Source: Eledone cirrhosa
Lineage: Eukaryota
Direction: 5' to 3'
NCBI GenBank assembly: GCA_964016885.1
Contig: OZ024753.1
Location: 26,970,001 to 27,034,000 of the forward strand
Length of the DNA stretch: 64,000 bases
Each line of letters opens with the position of its first letter. Position 1 is the first letter of the stretch. The notes beneath the pieces are model-generated. The model was not told the origin of the DNA. It worked only from the letters and a program-made list of their open reading frames with translations, and made no database searches. The translations under genes and the position numbers were made by a program. Below, piece by piece: positions 59,718 through 64,000 of the stretch.

Positions 59718-60005
59718 TCTGGTTTTATAATTTTATGAATTGTTACTTATAGTGAAAGTCGGTTTCTAACATAGATACAAGACTCTCTCATTGAAATTTA
59801 GACATCATCTACTAGGTAGATATGTGTATGTTTTGAGTTATATATATGCATGTGCATATGTTTTGTATCTGTACATAAGTTATTAGATACAGAATTTTTG
59901 GAATGTTTTATATATTTTTACTCTTCCATTAATGGATTGTACTTGTAATTTCCTAACTAGTCATGTTCTTTCTGGTTCTTCAGATTTATATCAGTGATTA
60001 TTGTG
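59314..60005. repeat. ~300-bp inverted duplication around a ~90-bp (TA)n spacer
   Basis: 59314-59620 mirrors 59706-60005 with a few substitutions and one ~9-nt indel. Confidence 0.92.
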
Positions 60006-60211
60006 GCTGAGTGGTTAGAGAATTGGATTCGCAATCGTAAGCTTGTGAGTTCGATTCCTGGACCAGGCGATGCGTTATGTCCTTGAGCAAGACACTTCAT
60101 TTCACGTTGATCCTTCTACCTGGAGTTGCGACCGATAGATAGTGTTAGCAATTGGAAAGACCAACGGAAACATTGTTCCCTCGGTCCGATTTGACGAAAG
60201 TCGATCGTTCC

Positions 60212-60212
<1 letters not shown>
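60002..60212 (+). mobile_element. SINE family B
   Basis: A/B boxes and core; matches 6540-6750 reverse complement. Confidence 0.85.
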
Positions 60213-60266
<54 letters not shown>

Positions 60267-60315
60267 GTATCTCTACCTCCTCCTCTCCTACGATACATAT
60301 ATCCTATTATATATG

Positions 60316-60350
<35 letters not shown>

Positions 60351-60869
60351 ATACACATATGTACCCATACATACAGATATATATACATACATACATACAT
60401 ATACACACATACATATATACATACATGCATACTCACACACACATACGTACATATATACATACATAAGATCGATCGTACACATGCACAAACATGTACAAAC
60501 ATGTACAAGCACACATGAACAAAATATATATGTGGTATTCAAATAAAGTTATCTTTGTCAAAATAGGGAGGGAAAGTAAATAATTGTTTCTACTTTGAGC
60601 ACAAGGCCAGCAATCATTCCAGTGCATTACTGGTACTTTATTTTATCGACCCCGTAAGGATGAAAGGCAAAGTTAACCTAGGCGGGATTTGAACTCAGAA
60701 TGGCAAGGGCCGTAACTCTATGCATCAAAGCATGGCGTCCAACCCTCTACCGATACTGCCAGTTCACCGCCCTAGGGAGGGAAAGTAAATAATGTGCCGT
60801 GAAGTGGGTATAGAAATTATATAGAGGGTGGTTATATATGATGTGTATTGGCACATATACACACAGACA

Positions 60870-60913
<44 letters not shown>

Positions 60914-61078
60914 AATATATACACATATATAAATATATATATATACACATACATATATATATACATACATATATATATATATATAGATATATATATACAC
61001 ATATATACATATATAGAAACATACACACACACACACATATCTATATATAAATATATATACACATATAAATATATATAC

Positions 61079-61206
<128 letters not shown>

Positions 61207-61346
61207 CATATATACGTATATACATATATAGAAACATATATATATATATATATATACATACAGGGCGTCACAAAAAATTATACGCATAAGTATTAGAATG
61301 CTGAGGAAGTGTGTATACGCATTTTGGGACACCCTGTGTATGTCTG

Positions 61347-61377
<31 letters not shown>

Positions 61378-61481
61378 TTATATATTTATTTATATATATA
61401 TTTATGTATATATATTATATATTTATTAACTATATATATGTATATATATATAAACATATATATATATATTTATATAAATAT

Positions 61482-61514
<33 letters not shown>

Positions 61515-61541
61515 AACATATATATATATTTATATAAATAT

Positions 61542-61613
<72 letters not shown>

Positions 61614-61690
61614 TAACTATATATATGTATATATATATAAACATATATATATATTTATATAAATATATACATACATATATATATATATAA

Positions 61691-61727
<37 letters not shown>

Positions 61728-62094
61728 TGCATATATATATATATATATATAAATATATATATAAATATATATATGCATATATATATATGTGTGTATATAT
61801 ATATATATACACACACACTAATATATGTATATATACGCACACACTCATAAGTCTGTAGATGTGTCAGTGAATATGTGTATATTTGTATGTATATATTCAT
61901 GTTTGTTTCTATGTGTATATGTCTGTGATATGTGTGTGAGTGTGTATGAGTTTATCGTTTCTTTAAGAAAGAGCTGTAAATAATCTTGATATCAATACAA
62001 AGAAATATATACATATATATACACTCACACACACACATTTATACACACACACACACACACACATTTATACACACACACACACACACACATTTAT

Positions 62095-62187
<93 letters not shown>

Positions 62188-62358
62188 TATCTATATCTAT
62201 ATATAATCTCTCACTCTATCTATCTCTCTATCTATCTAAGTATCTATCTATCTATATATATATAAGCAAAAGGGATATTCAATTTGTTGGTAATTCAACA
62301 AATATAAATGTTTATAACTGATTCAGAGCACTCGACAAGTTTTCTGGAGTATAATATT

Positions 62359-62687
62359 CAATGATATTAAATAAATGGAAACTATATTTATAAAACCATA
62401 TTTATTCTATTATATATATTTCAAGGGTACCAAAACTTTAGTACGCTTTCATCAGATAAAATACAAAGTTTGTTTTATAAATTTTGACATAATCAAGAAA
62501 AGATAGCTTAACTATCCAAGGAAAACTTGAACCGTTAAGGTATCTTTTCTTGGTTATGTCAAAATTTATAAAACAAACTTTGTATTTTATTTGATGAAAG
62601 CGTACCAAAGTTTTGGTACCCTTGAAATTTATATAATAGAATAAATATGGTTTTATAAATATAGTTTCCATTTATTTAATATCATTG
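62359..62687. repeat. Fold-back (154-bp arms, 21-bp spacer) with an HHR in each arm
   Basis: 62359-62512 mirrors 62534-62687. Confidence 0.9.
62403..62463 (-). ncRNA. Type I HHR with extended stem II
   Basis: Minus strand TATTTTAT-CTGATGA-AAGcGTACTAAA(gt)TTTGGTACcCTT-GAAA-TATATA-TA-ATAGAATA; the + copy at 62583-62643 has a TTGATGA core. Confidence 0.78.
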
Positions 62688-62786
<99 letters not shown>

Positions 62787-62982
62787 TTATAAATATATAT
62801 ATATATATATAAATAAATAAATGTATGCAAACAAACAGACACAAACACACTTTCTCTGTCGCTTAGATACACATCCATATACCCATAACAATATTTTCAT
62901 TCTCACGATATGCCGTACATTGATATATGGCATTTATCTCATCGATTTAGCAGTTAAAGGTCTTATATTGGCGAACATTACA

Positions 62983-63024
<42 letters not shown>

Positions 63025-63099
63025 CACACATACATTCACATACAAACACACGTACATACACACACACACACGTACACACCGCGTACACACACACACATA

Positions 63100-63283
63100 C
63101 AGTGCGGGATTTAGGACAAATGAGGGCCTGTGCTATTATAATTAAGTTATGAGGCCCCTTACATGGGCCCTGAAGGAGGTAGGACCAGTAGGTCTACACA
63201 GGCAGTCATCAGGAAGATGAGTCAACCCAACCAGGCCAAAGAGCCCCTGTGCACACCTAAGCACAATGGTAAATCCGGCACTG
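63100..63283. mobile_element. hAT-like MITE
   Basis: TIRs CAGTGCGGGATTTA / TAAATCCGGCACTG; TSD not clear. Confidence 0.65.
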
Positions 63284-63356
63284 CATTCACACACACACAC
63301 ACGCACATACACACAAAAGCAAACCGACATCACTATAAATGTATACATGTATAGCT

Positions 63357-63498
63357 ATGGCCGTGTGGTTAAGAAGTTCTATTCCCCCACAACACTCTGA
63401 GTTCAGTCCTATTGTGTGGCAAGTTTCTCTACTATATCCTCAGGTTGACTAAAGTCTTGTTAGTACAATTCGGTGCCCGGAAAATGCAGAAGCCCGTC
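63357..63498 (+). mobile_element. Decayed tRNA-derived SINE head
   Basis: TGGCCGTGTGGTTAAG A box, GAGTTCAGTCC B box, GGCAAGT core remnant. Confidence 0.6.
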
Positions 63499-63560
63499 TT
63501 ACATACATACATATATATATATATGCAGTGTTTTCTATACCTTTCATTTATATATCTATA

Positions 63561-63604
<44 letters not shown>

Positions 63605-63793
63605 TATTGATATATATATATATACATATATATATGTATATGTATATACATACATATATATATTATATATATATATATTATATATATATATATATATATG
63701 TATATACATACATATATATATTATATATATATATATTATATATATATATATATATGTATATGTATATGTATATACATACGTACATATATATAT

Positions 63794-63826
<33 letters not shown>

Positions 63827-64000
63827 ATATATATAATATATATATATATATAACAAAGGAATTGTGGTAAGGAACCAGATGGACCATAACGCACCAGAGT
63901 ACTCAATATTTAGGTAGTAGAGTGGGAAATAGGAAAAAGTATGATCCCGACGGCAGAGCTCGAGCCGTTTCGACGGCTTATTTCTGGAGTCCAGAAATAG

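Overview
Eukaryotic, apparently gene-free repeat DNA; the SINE, LINE and microsatellite content resembles an octopus/cephalopod genome (inference, no search run). No host gene was recognised, and the long YI/HT/CV ORFs are microsatellite artefacts. Left of a 200-N gap (44290-44489) lies a ~43-kb degenerate (TA)n array whose C interruptions fall almost only on the + strand. It holds young, 5'-truncated retroelements: RTE LINEs (one with a PHD finger inside the RT), a CR1-group LINE, a Penelope-like element, tRNA-SINEs, non-autonomous RTE derivatives and LINE ends with 5' inversions. Right of the gap is older DNA with short microsatellites, decayed SINEs/LINEs, MITEs, a 38-bp minisatellite and fold-backs. 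The main signal the ORF track misses is RNA structure: about 17 type I hammerhead ribozyme (HHR) motifs from about nine unrelated families, all folded by eye. They include a retrozyme-like ~485-bp tandem repeat carrying its own (TA)n tract, a solo HHR inside microsatellite, a U3:A8 core variant, long-stem-II variants and HHR pairs in fold-back inverted repeats. No cleavage activity is demonstrated here.
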